64,000 nt of DNA from Antedon mediterranea (Eukaryota; Animalia; Echinodermata): NCBI RefSeq assembly GCF_964355755.1, contig NC_092670.1:13068795-13132794 (forward strand), given 5' to 3'. The notes below the pieces were generated by a model. That model was not told the DNA's origin, made no database searches, and saw only the letters and a list, made by a program, of their open reading frames with translations. Positions 43,855 to 56,800 of the stretch are shown piece by piece. Every line of letters starts with the position of its first letter. Position 1 is the first letter of the stretch. The translations under genes and the position numbers were made by a program.

Positions 43855-44826
43855 TACTACTGTACTTGCAAAGAGGTCATATTAAGGTTCAAAGTTGAAG
43901 TATACTACTGTACTTTCAAAGAGGTCATATTAAGGTTCAAAGTTGAAGTATACTACTGTACTTGCAAAGAGGTCATATTAAGGTTCAAAGTTAAAGTATA
44001 CTACTGTACTTGCAAAGCGGTCTTATTAAGGTTCAAAGTTGAAGTATACTACTGTACTTGCAAAGAGGTCATATTAAGGTTCAAAGTTGAAGTATACTAC
44101 TGTACTTGCAAAGAGGTCATATTAAGGTTCAAAGTTGAAGTATACTACTGTACTTGCAAAGAGGTCATATTAAGGTTCAAAGTTGAAGTATACTACTGTA
44201 CTTGCAAAGAGGTCATATTAAGGTTCAAAGTTGAAGTATACTACTGTACTTGCAAAGAGGTCATATTAAGGTTCAAAGTTGAAGTATACTACTGTACTTG
44301 CAAAGAGGTCATATTAAGGTTCAAAGTTGAAGTATACTACTGTACTTGCAAAGCGGTCTTATTAAGGTTCAAAGTTGAAGTATACTACTGTACTTGCAAA
44401 GAGGTCATATTAAGGTTCAAAGTTGAAGTATACTACTGTACTTGCAAAGAGGTCATATTAAGGTTCAAAGTTGAAGTATACTACTGTACTTGCAAAGAGG
44501 TCATATTAAGGTTCAAAGTTGAAGTATACTACTGTACTTGCAAAGAGGTCATATTAAGGTTCAAAGTTGAAGTATACTACTGTACTTGCAAAGAGGTCAT
44601 ATTAAGGTTCAAAGTTGAAGTATACTACTGTACTTGCAAAGAGGTCATATTAAGGTTAAAAGTTGAAGTATACTACTGTACTTGCAAAGAGGTCATATTA
44701 AGGTTCAAAGTTGAAGTATACTACTGTACTTGCAAAGCGGTCTTATTAAGGTTCAAAGTTGAAGTATACTACTGTACTTGCAAAGCGGTCTTATTAAGGT
44801 TCAAAGTTGAAGTATACTACTGTACT
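43855..44826. repeat. Highly homogeneous 48-bp minisatellite, 20 full copies plus a partial copy, downstream of the RFC1 stop
   Basis: Unit TACTACTGTACTTGCAAAGAGGTCATATTAAGGTTCAAAGTTGAAGTA; older diverged copies flank the array at ~43771-43815 and ~44905-44945. Confidence 0.97.
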
Positions 44827-47805
44827 TTAAAAAACGTCATGACTAATGTTCAAAGTGGAATGAGATACAGACCAAGCAATGGCAATCAGATATATGAAGC
44901 AAAGGAATACTAATGTACTTGCAAAGAGTTCATACTATGGTTCACATTTAGAACCAAATACAAGAAAAGAGAAAGAACAACTATATATGGCAATTGTACA
45001 TATCTTTTTTGTTGCAATTCAATGTTATGAAACAGATTGGTTTTGCTAAATTATACAATCACTCATTCATTTGACCTTTGACACTGAAGATAATTCATTT
45101 ATAATTAATTCGTATATTGTGATATAATACGATTAATACTTGTAATGTTTGTATTCAAAATATATATTTCAAGTACCATGTCTGTTTTCAATTGGGTACT
45201 GTGTTCAAAAGTGAAAGAACTGGACCTTCTTCTATATACAAGTTCATTTGGTAAGTTGTCTTCGGAGTACATAGGCCTATGATCAGGTTTAAATACCAGT
45301 GCATATAATTTCAACGTCTGATTTATTATTTTCATGATACAAAACTGTGTGCCGGAATGGTTTTGTCAAAATACGTCAAGCAGGCACCCGTATGCTAATA
45401 ATATTCCAATACAATGCTAGACGCGCATTCTGTGAGAACAAACTCTGTTGTATTCCTAATCTGGCATCTTATGCAGTCAAGTATATCCCAAATTTTCTCA
45501 CACTATACAATACAATGAAAAAAAACTTTATTTGATTGCTGATACTGTATAATGTATTACGTAGACAATAAACAGACTAAAAGTTTAGAATTTAATTCAC
45601 AATCATTTCCACAGAAAAAATACAAAATAAAACACCATTTTGTCAGACACTATTGCACAGATATGCCTTGACTGTTTCTCACTGATCGTCTGGTTATATT
45701 TATTTGTAAATTACGCACAGTACTAGTTATATGCTGGTAACCATGCGCTGCTACTAACGATGCCGGCAACTATACCAGCATTTTGGCGGCATAACTGTGA
45801 AAAACATGTTCGCTATGGTTAAACTGAAAGAATACACAAAACGCCATTTCTTTGGTCTATGTTTATTTAGAAATTTCCAATCTTTTACAGAACTGATTGA
45901 ACATAATGTCCGTCATTCCATGGCTTAAACGGTCTAAACTGAAAAGAATGGAACAAAATCTTAATAAACACAAATATATATAATATATAGTAATATAATA
46001 ACACCGTAAAAAACAAAAAGTGCATAAAACATGTTAATAAATTATTTTCCCTATTTCTGGAAGTATTATACATAAAAATCTATAGTATACTGAACAGTGT
46101 ATATAATTTGTATTGAGTATCATGATGAAATGTCACATTTGACAACTGTATCATAGCAAAAATCACATGTGACACTGCATTTATAACATGTGATGCTGTA
46201 TTGCTTAATTTGTTTGATACTTCACAAATATTATAGATACTGTATAATAAATTTGTAGGTAAGTACTGAAATCCTACTGAAGGGATGAATTTAAGTTCAC
46301 CCAGGTTTTGGAAGAGAATTCTAAGTGATTCTGAAAACAGAGAAGAACGTAAGAATGCAATAATAATAACAATAATAGAAAAAACTATTCATAAATCATT
46401 TTATAGCGTTTATCAAGATTAAAATTGTATTATTTTACTGTATTTAAAAACCGTTTATAGATTTTTAAATTGAAAACCAGGCAAAAGAAAGTACAGAATG
46501 TATTAAACCAATATTATACACAACAGTAACAGACAATAACTTGTATGTATATTTCAACAACATAGAGGTCCCAATTTGGAAAAATAAAATATCAGAGGAC
46601 TTATAATAAAGCATGGATTTTCTCGCGTAGAAATGTACGTACTGTTATGATTGTGAATTGAACAAGCGTGACGAACATTACCTTATTTGGTATTCTACGC
46701 GCAAAGTACGCCCTCAATTTGTTACTTTACGCGGTCTTATCTAAGACTGGTTTATAGCAATGGTCTATCAGGAGTGGCTTTGATAAGACCGTCTATCTGA
46801 TAAAGCCGGCTTTAATCGGGGAGTTAAGACCATCAGTTAAGACTGTTTTATAGCAATCCACCCCTGGAGTCCCTCGGTTTACCCAGTAAGTATTCATAGC
46901 TGTTGCGAAACTGCATCAATAGTAAACAGGCGTAGTGTCAGGCACTTTGCCAAAAAGAAGAAATTACCACCTCTAGTGACTGGAGATCAATCAATATTGG
47001 GAAACTCCCACAATACATATTTGGATGCATTCTAATCCAACGGCATAATGAATACAATTTATAATTTCATATACAATATTATAATAATTGAAAATATTAA
47101 AATGATATAAATTTGTAATTATCTGCTTACATAAAACCATACTAAATTATAGTTATCAATTATTAAATTGATTAAACATAAAAAAAATTATTAATATGCA
47201 ATCATAATGTAAATTGAAAAAAAAAACCTCAACCAAACATTTTAAATCATATTTCGAATAAAGGTGTACTACTGTGTATTTATCTTTAATATAAATTTGT
47301 ATAATAAAACAAGTATAAATATTTAAAGTACAGTCTTTGTATTACACATTAACACAATAATCCGCGTATATAAAGTTTCTTCTACTGATTAGTGTCAATT
47401 AATATTTGAGTTGAATTAATATGACAAAATTACAATCTATAATAATTTCATAAACAAATATTTATGTTTGTTGAAATTTAAATAACGCGTATTTGAGTAT
47501 ATAATCGTAACCAAATAGAACTCTGCCTGTGATGTATTGGGATTTCTTTGGTAGATTGTTTAATATTGAATTCCAATGGCGGTCTGAACTGCACTGCTGT
47601 AATCTTATATAGATGCTTTTCTGATAAAAAGACGATTTTTAAATTTTATTTCCTCTGTATATTTGCTGAAAATTCAATTTATTTCTATATCTGGATGATT
47701 TTTCAAAGAAAGTTTTAAATATCATGGCTACGTTGATAAACTGAATCCAGTACTGAACTTTGAGATCTTTTTACAATTTGGTACGTTCCATTTGACCTTT
47801 GAACT

Positions 47806-50800
47806 TTACAGAGGAACCTTTTCTTCCGGCAGCTGAGATGGTTCATCTTTATTTGTTGTAGGTGTGTCTGAATTCACTTGCTCTTCCTTTACTGTTGTAT
47901 TCAGCGTTTCCTCAAACGTTGAAAGATCTTCTGATTTAGAACCAGATATTTTATTCTGAAACAATAATTGTTTAATACTAGGTGATTAGTTTAGTCTTTT
48001 AGGTTTTCCACTGGTACAAAATCAATGGCGCTATGCATGTTAGTGGTCGAAAAAAATAAGTTTTGAGCAATTTTTTAAATAAGGCAACAGAAGAGCTCAA
48101 ATCTAACCCCTAGCCATCAGCACAAGCTCGGTGGTCTAGAGGTATGAACACCAGCAAGTCCCACCTGAGAATTACTTCTGAATTTTGTTAGTATTCTCAA
48201 TGTATTGGTATTACAGTAAGTACAAATCATCTTACCAATTTCTTTTAAGTTAGTTAAGACATTAGTTCAGAAGTGGATAGACCTGGCTTGAAGGGAGAAG
48301 GTATATTGGACAGAATTGTTTGTGTTTTATTATGGCTTGATTACTGTTATTACTAGGTTTCAACTATTGCAGATCACACATTTTTATTGAGATTTCCCAA
48401 CAAGAATGCTAGGCCCACCCAACTAAATCCCACACCCGGATGAGTTGGTTGTTTCCCACTCGCAAATATACCACTTTAAGTTACATGACTGTTGGCCCTG
48501 ATTATTATAATACCAACCTTAATGCTTCCTGAAGCTGATGACACTTTACTTTCAAATGATTTAAATGTTGTTGATTCTTTCATTTCTCCCAGTTTGCGTG
48601 AGATGGATGAACCCAATGTGGAGAAAGCAGCACCAGTCTTCTGACCAGCAGTTGAAAGACCGCTTTTTGTCTTATTGTATCTAAAACGGGAAATAATGAT
48701 GTTTCACAGGTAGTGGCTTAACCCGTTTAACCTGGTTTAGGGACCAATGCTTGAGGCCTCTGGTGTTTTTAGCCTTGGGGGTCACGGGCACCTATGCCAT
48801 AGGGCCTCTGAGTTTAGCCAGTGAGCGATGATAGCCATTATGCTAGGCTGTTGTCCCTATGATTTCCCTCAGGTTTACAAGTCTTCTACAGATATTAACA
48901 GGAAACCATAAAGTTGTTTAATATAAACTTGCCATTTATGATAAACCTGTTCAAGAATTGTTATTGAAACAGCTTGTTTCCCTTTATGTTTTCCTAGCAT
49001 AGGGAAACTTCCCAGTTATACTGAAAATGGATCAAACTACAGTAAGAATCTTCTGCTTGATATCAAATACTAAATATATTATAATATGAAATTTATAAAA
49101 TATTATAAAGTTGGCCCTCGCCCAAACCTTGATAACCAAAAACATTTGTTTTTGTTTTATGCAGTAATTAGGTTGTTTTATGCAGTAATTACGTTGTTTT
49201 ATACAGTAATAGTTTTTATGCAGCAATACTTTACCCTTCACCAAATCAAATAAACATTTTCCATCATTCTGTTTATATTAAATACAAATTTATTAAAATA
49301 TTCCAACATTTCCAGGTCTAAACAGCCTAAATGGAAATGTGAATATTGTAGATTAATACAAATATTCAACAAAAATTTATTAATTTATTTATAAGTGAAA
49401 TTGTGCTATAAAAAGAAAAATGAAAGAAGTGTGCTTTAAAAAAAAAAGAATGAAGAAAATTGAAAAAGAAAAAGTACCAAAACCGAGAAAATTAAAAATG
49501 ACCCACAACCAAATGTGTGAGAGTTAGAGTGAACAATTGAAATAATAAAAGTGAAAAAAAAAAACAGAGATGAGATAAAACTCACGCCTTGGACTCCTTT
49601 ACACTACTGTTCCATTTTTTAATGCGAAAACTACTCCTTTGATAACTGTAATTTTAGACATGAGGAACGTTTTAATTCATTGTTTATTTATGTCAATAGA
49701 TAATGTATGTAATGCTTTATAGCACAGTATAACAGAGCACTTTTCAAGTACATTACAAATTGTTTACAGAGTCATTGTGTTTAATAGTTTATTTTTCACT
49801 AACAATAACATTATACAGGGGCTTTAAAAAAACAACTATCGATGATAAAATTATTATGATTTCAGATCTAGAATGGTGTAAACACTATTTCCAAAGAAAA
49901 AACGACTAGATATTTTTATAACTTTGTGTTATAGATTTCTGCTATAATGAATGCACGATAGTAAACTAAGAAATCAATATCTTTCTTATTTCATGTAATT
50001 GATTTAAATATTGATGGGTAGTCTTCCCTAGTCAATTATATATGTGGTATTAACATCTTAAATTCAATAAGGATCAATGTATCTAGGTATATAGAATATC
50101 AGTATACAGTACTGTTCTGACAAGTACAAAAACTACTTTTGGGAGTCAACACAACGAAGGGTAGCCAATAGTTCAATCATACTACAGAAAGTCTGTAAAT
50201 TCTACCTAAATTCGGCCCAATTATGAACTTTTGGAAATAAATACTAGGGAAATACATTTATACAATTAAGATTTGGCCTAAAATTTAATGGGAAATCCCT
50301 GGCAAAAACCCAATAATTATTGACAAATCAACTACCCACAATATAAAAAGCTCTGCTTCCAGGTTTTCCATGACTGTACAAACTACAAGTGTCAACTGAA
50401 CATGGGGTGGTGACCTTTCGTTTTTATGACCCAAATATACATATTTGTAAAGTTTGAAAATTCTTCTGCTCATGCTCAGAAACATGTGTACATGCACAGA
50501 ATGACCGAAGCGACGTGTACACAAATACTGAAATATTTTATTTCACTATCGAAATTTTGCATCAAGATTACTAAAATTAATTCTTCATGCTTAGGTAAGA
50601 AATAGGAAGCCACTCTAACTCTGTTTTCAAAGGGTAATATTCCTGAAGCGTGCATGCATTTAAATATTTATGCAAAACATTTCAATGACATATTTAGCAT
50701 GGATTAGTAGAATCAAGATGCATTGATTTTTTTAAATAAATCATTTTGTGACTTTTTGTCATTTTTAGCTCTCAAAAATCTAACATAGAATCAAGCTTGA

Positions 50801-53800
50801 CGTCTCACTGTTCTCTCTTTTATCTCAATATTAACTGTAGTTTTCTAGATATAAAATTGCAGAATTACATAATCATACTTTTTAGGGATTAGGTTATAAT
50901 TATATAACAGATTCATTCAATAGGTTTGGAAATCTAGGAAGAAGTACAGTACAGTATTAACTATTACATAGAATAAAGATACAAATTTAAATAACTGTTA
51001 ATGTTATTTCCAAATTTTAACTCAAATGTTAGTACTATTGCTATTAATTGTGAATGTTCTTATAAATTTTTCAAAGTCAATGATAAATAAAATAAAAGTA
51101 AAACAAAGCAGTTTAATGTTAAAAGTTAGTGAGTTTTCTCGTCATGCATGTGACAACAGGCAAATATTCCATTCTGATGAAGATGCAATGTTATGAGATG
51201 AGTAAAATGCAAGATACATGTACGTGGCAATAGTTTTATTACAGTATGGATGACTGCTCCATCGTCAGTAGTAATATTACAATATCTTGGAAATGTCTTG
51301 AGCATGTACTGTATGGACATTTATTAAAAACAAACTAGGCTTATAACTCTGTTAAGGAGACACCATAGCATGAAACATAACAGCTGGTGGCCCAAAGGAG
51401 ATTACACAACAGTCGGTAGTGTATGAGTGCTGCTTCCTTGGATAAACCGAACCCTATCTCTCTTAGAGTGGATACAACACAAAAAAAAAAAAATTCCGTT
51501 GAGCGCCACTATCGAATATTGGTGACGTCTGCGAACTGCGCCCTCAAGAGGGAGCCATTAAATCTAATAAAGTTGTTCGTATTTGTATTCTCTTTGGAAA
51601 GAGAGAGGGCCATTGTCGGTTTATCCAGGTAAGCTAGTCAAGAAGTCAATAAGATACCTATTTACGAAATAAATAAGTGTTTGAGTACCCCCTTATCCTA
51701 CACTGATGACCACATGACCTGATTGAAAAGGACAAAAAAAACTATTGCCACGATCATCAGTAAACTAAAAACTATATGATGTGTGAACTGTGAGGCTTGT
51801 ACAGCTTTAGTGAGATGAGTGGTTAATGCTGCAACTAACTCCACAGCAATGCGGACAAAGAGGAAACCACTTACGCTGAAGATGTTACAATTCTTTCATT
51901 TATTTCATGTAATTTATTTGATGTATTTACATATCTGTGAAAAAATAGTACAAATTCTAAAATAAAATCAATACATGCCACAGAGCCATCTTCTAAAGTA
52001 TTTCCTCCTGCTTCAACTTAGTATTGTTTTGATCAAAAAACTGCAGCTATGATTTGTCTCCAAACTACACAGAAAGTAATTTACTTTAATAGTAGAGTTC
52101 AGGCTAGAAAATTGTGTATTGTAGCCTATTCTAGCAATACATTACATGCGGCTGCAGTTATAGCAAGCCCCATGTAGAACCAATGCAAGCCCAGATCTTG
52201 TTTATAGTTGACCTTAAAGCATTATGTAGAGACTGTTTTTGCTCTATGGTGTAGGACACATGTAATGCATGTTTTGAGAATTTTAGTTCTGCAATAACTA
52301 TTTTAGTTGTGATGCATACTGTACACTTTCAATACATTTATTTTGGCAAAGGGTTGGGGAGTGGCTGAGTGAGAAATGCATCTAAACTTACTACAGTAAT
52401 ACTTGTTGGCACATTTCATACATTCTTGATCAATTTATAATATGTTAAAATTTAATTTAAAACAAAATTTAATTAGTTTAATACACTAAACCCAAAATGT
52501 CTGGCTTTGGCATTTCCATATCTCTCGAATATTTTATATTGTAATGTTATAAATAATACCACAATTGTAAAATATAACTTATTCTGCTATTAGTCAATAA
52601 CTTATGTATGCACAATTAGACTCAGATATGATTGCAGTAGAATGGCCATTGATGGAGTATTACCACAGTTAATTACACCCACGAGACACAGTTCATAACG
52701 CTAATGTGTCGTAGACATTTGGTACTCAATTATTAAGCTTCGAAATTAAATGTACCGTTACCGATGGGATTCAGAATAGTAGTAGTATCCCTGTCAAAAG
52801 CTGAAGTATTTATATGAATATGATATTGTGTTATAGTAATTTTGTTGGTATTTTATTAATTTGACAAAAAAATTTTATGAAGTAATGATATTTATAGAGC
52901 CTTTTCCAGCTACAATATGACAGTATTTTTACTTAGTGTTGCCGAGTATTATTCAATAATAATTCTTAAACATTTAATCCATCCCATTTTAGCGTAAAAA
53001 AAAGTTTATAGTTTTTCTTTAAAATATTATTTTATTCATATACCGACTGCCATAAGTTTTGTTTTTCATTAAGCACAGGATCGGTCCCTACCTTCACTAT
53101 ATAAAAGAATGTTTTATTATTTAAAACACTGATCTGGAACCATGCATATGATAAGATAAGCTTCAGAAAATTTCTATTTTGCTGTTTTATTTCTTTTGTG
53201 TTCGCTATTATTAAATACAATGTATTCTTTTTCAGGATTATGTCTAAATTATTCCACTGCAGTATTACAATGATGTTTGGTTTAAGTCTGCTTCGTTGTA
53301 TACTGTAGTTTATGAGGCAGTCACTACAATAAGCTAACAGTGTGTGTGTAAAAAAAGCAATAATTGCATACAGACTAAAGGTAAAATGGTATTTAAAATG
53401 AAGTTATAGTTAGTTAAAACATTTTGAAATGATTCTAATATATTTACACATTCATTTTTATTATTCATCTTTTTTTTTCATATAACACCCCTGCTTGTCA
53501 GACTCATAGATTTGCCTAGTCACATTGCCTGCTTCACTTATTTGTGCGGTTTTCGCAAGTAAAGGGAACCATCTCTGTTCAAGCCACTGGGTCATGTTGA
53601 AACTTTACCAACCAGACTGGTGGCTACGCCCCTGTGTATTCTTTTCAGGACATAGTAATGTTAAGATGTTCATTTTCAGCAAAGTTTTATACTTACGCAT
53701 TGGACTGTTGAAGATTCTTCCATCCCTGTGCCACATCTTTCTTGACCTCTGACATTGGCGTGATTCCTAACTTTCTTTTGAGTTCCTTAGCTGCTGCTTC

Positions 53801-56800
53801 TTTGCTGCGGAGTGTTGATTTCATAGCTGCTATGTCTTCCTCTGTCTGTACAAATGTATAGATATAACAATGATTTCAAGTTTTCACCTCAAAAGATATT
53901 CAAAATCATTATAAAAATACTTTATTACTCAATTAGTGTTTACCTGTATTAGCTCCAGTCTAATTTTTTCCCGTTCCTCTTCATCTTGGACTACATATGG
54001 ATCTTCAATGTTTACTTCTTGGTTAACGCTATTTGTAGTTTCTGTTGGAGTATTTCCATAAACTGGAGTGGATTCCTGGGATGACATGGTGGGTTCATCT
54101 ACAAAAAACAACCATTAATTTACGTTGTATTATCTTTTATAATTATTAAGATAAACAGGCATAAGATAATTTAATTATCCATTTGTCCTAGAAACTGAGG
54201 AAATTGGGTTAGGACCTTCACAGACCCACGTAAGCCAGCAGTGCAGCCTACCAGCTCAGCACTCCAGGAGACAATCCCCTTCAAAGTAACTATAATCCGC
54301 ATAAATAACCCTTCCACTTTATTGACCCCTGACTGATAATCATAATCTCGTAGAAGCACTGGGACAGACCATTTACACCAACCGATATTAAAAATATGGC
54401 TTCATGAATCTTTTGATGGTTGGTTTAATATATTTCACATCCCACAGCGAGTATAATGACAAATTAAGCATGAAATTGTTGTGCAATTTTCCTCTTTACA
54501 TAATGCCGCAATTATTGGAAGGATGTTTGTACAGTATGTACAAGTACATTTTTTGTGAACATGAATAAATTCAGAGATGGTCTTGCCTCAACGCATAAGA
54601 TTCCATGTGTCTGTTCTGGTCTATCCATAGCCTAGCAAGGATTTTTACTGTTTGTTTGTCCACCAAGTTGTCATAAGTTGTTAAAAAGGACGTTTTAGGG
54701 GTTCGCTCTCTTTGCTTCTCCTTTTTAAACTTCATTTAAAACATACATTTTTGTTTTCCTGTTCTATATTTCATATTAATTATTTTACACATTTTTACAA
54801 TGTTCATTTCTTTTCTTTCTTACTTACATGTAATACCTTGTACCAGCTTAAATAAAATACAAGTATGCAAACATTTTAAAGTTCTGCCATGTGGAAACAT
54901 TGGCATGCAAATTGCATATAAATTTTGTCTAAATGCAATATGTATGTTGATAAATGTAAAGCTGTATAAAGCATGACAATTACCGTAGCATTTTAACAGA
55001 TGTTTATGATGTGTATGTCACATCTGGGTTTGTGTATTAACAACTATCAACTGGTAAGCATTATTAGTAAACTGTATTGCATTTGAATACATCAACTGTT
55101 ACAGAATGTACTGATCAGTGTCATGTACAAATAAGTCCATAATTTTTAAGGAGCGTTTGAGCGATCATGCTCTTGTGCGATTGCGCTCCTACTGTATGCG
55201 CTCTTCAACATGCTTCCAGAAGAGCAATTTATCACGCTTTTTAATTTCAATAATAGAGCCTACTGTAGTTTTTTACTGTGGGGAGGGGAGAGTGAGTTGA
55301 TGGCAACATTGATCAAAATCAAATCGCTTCCCCGGTTCAGTTGGATAAAATATTTGAGGCTGTGCTCACTATATAACCTGTTACAGATGGTATTGTAGTT
55401 CAAACAACTTCCTTATACTAGTTAGTATTTGAATTCTATTTTTAGTTTTAGGCATTATTAAACCTAGTAGAAAGTAGACTTGATTAATACTGTAACACAG
55501 TGAACCACTATCCAGACACGATTACATAAGGATTCTATTTTAAGATCAAGATTACTCAATTTAATATAAAACTTAAGTGTGTTAATTGGCAAATCCTTTA
55601 CTAAATTGTATTCATCAATTCTTTAAAGTTCATATTCTCTAATCCTGGTAAATTAGTTCTCTCTGAATTATTTTGCGTTATCAATGAACGCTTTACATAA
55701 ATCAATAAGTATGTAATGTAATATTGAAATAATTGAATTAGTACTGAATTGTCCTAAAGAAATTGTATAGAATCTGGGGAAAAGGGGTTTTGTTTTCACA
55801 ATGTTCGAAATTGCTAATAATACAGTTATGTGCCAATCAAGTAAAAAGATCATTACTACACAACAGAATATGTGTTTCTGAGCGTGTGCAGAATGTTTTT
55901 ACTCGATAGGCACGTATCTCGACTTATCTCAAGTACTGTGTAGTTTATTATAAATTTAACTGAGCTCAGGTAATTTTTTAAATACTGTTATACTAATAGT
56001 TAAAGCTTGTACGTAAAAAAAATAATTACGCACTCTCACATGAATGTTATACAGTAGTATACTAACCAATACAATAATGTCCTTTTTTTAGGTAAGACTA
56101 CAGTAGCTTTGAAAACCATTTAGCACACACAATCCTGGTGAAACTATTGGCCTTATAGAAACCACAAAAGGTTGGCATGTATTCAACCTTTATTATTAAC
56201 ATTTTCAATTCCATTTTCGGCAGAGGGGATGTTTCATTATCGCTATTTTTAACTCTCTAGGCTAGTATAGTAAAAAAAAACCTTAACCAATTTTCTAGTA
56301 AATAAATTATTATACCATCCATGGCTTATGTCCTAATTTCAGTACTGTATGCTTTCAATTTTCATTTTGATTCTAAATATTTATGAACACCATAATGTTT
56401 TTTGTCATAGCCTAAAGTATCCTTACAACACCTATCATGTGACTACAATACAACTGTAAAGCTCTGTCTACACTACAGTATCAACATTTATGTGACAAAA
56501 AAATGTCACGTGCCCATATGGACATGATGATGTCATATTAATACCATATTTGGGCACATTACACTATTTTAATACTGTAAGTGTAGACAGAGCTTCATGA
56601 ATATTATACTGTATTGAACGTACTGTTTTTCTCACCCCAGTAAAATATATTCTCATCCTCGTCGTCATCGACATCGGTGGGTACAATTTGAAGGTATGTT
56701 TGATAGTTAATTGCAGATGCTGTGCGCATTCTCTCGTCTGTGGGTATATCGGTCCCATTCTCCTTAGGAGCAGATTCCAAGTGTCCATTCATTGTTAATC

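Noticed and set aside
43855-44826. Regular repeat array resembling a CRISPR locus
   Set aside because: Units are directly adjacent with no unique spacers, there are no cas genes, and the context is eukaryotic.
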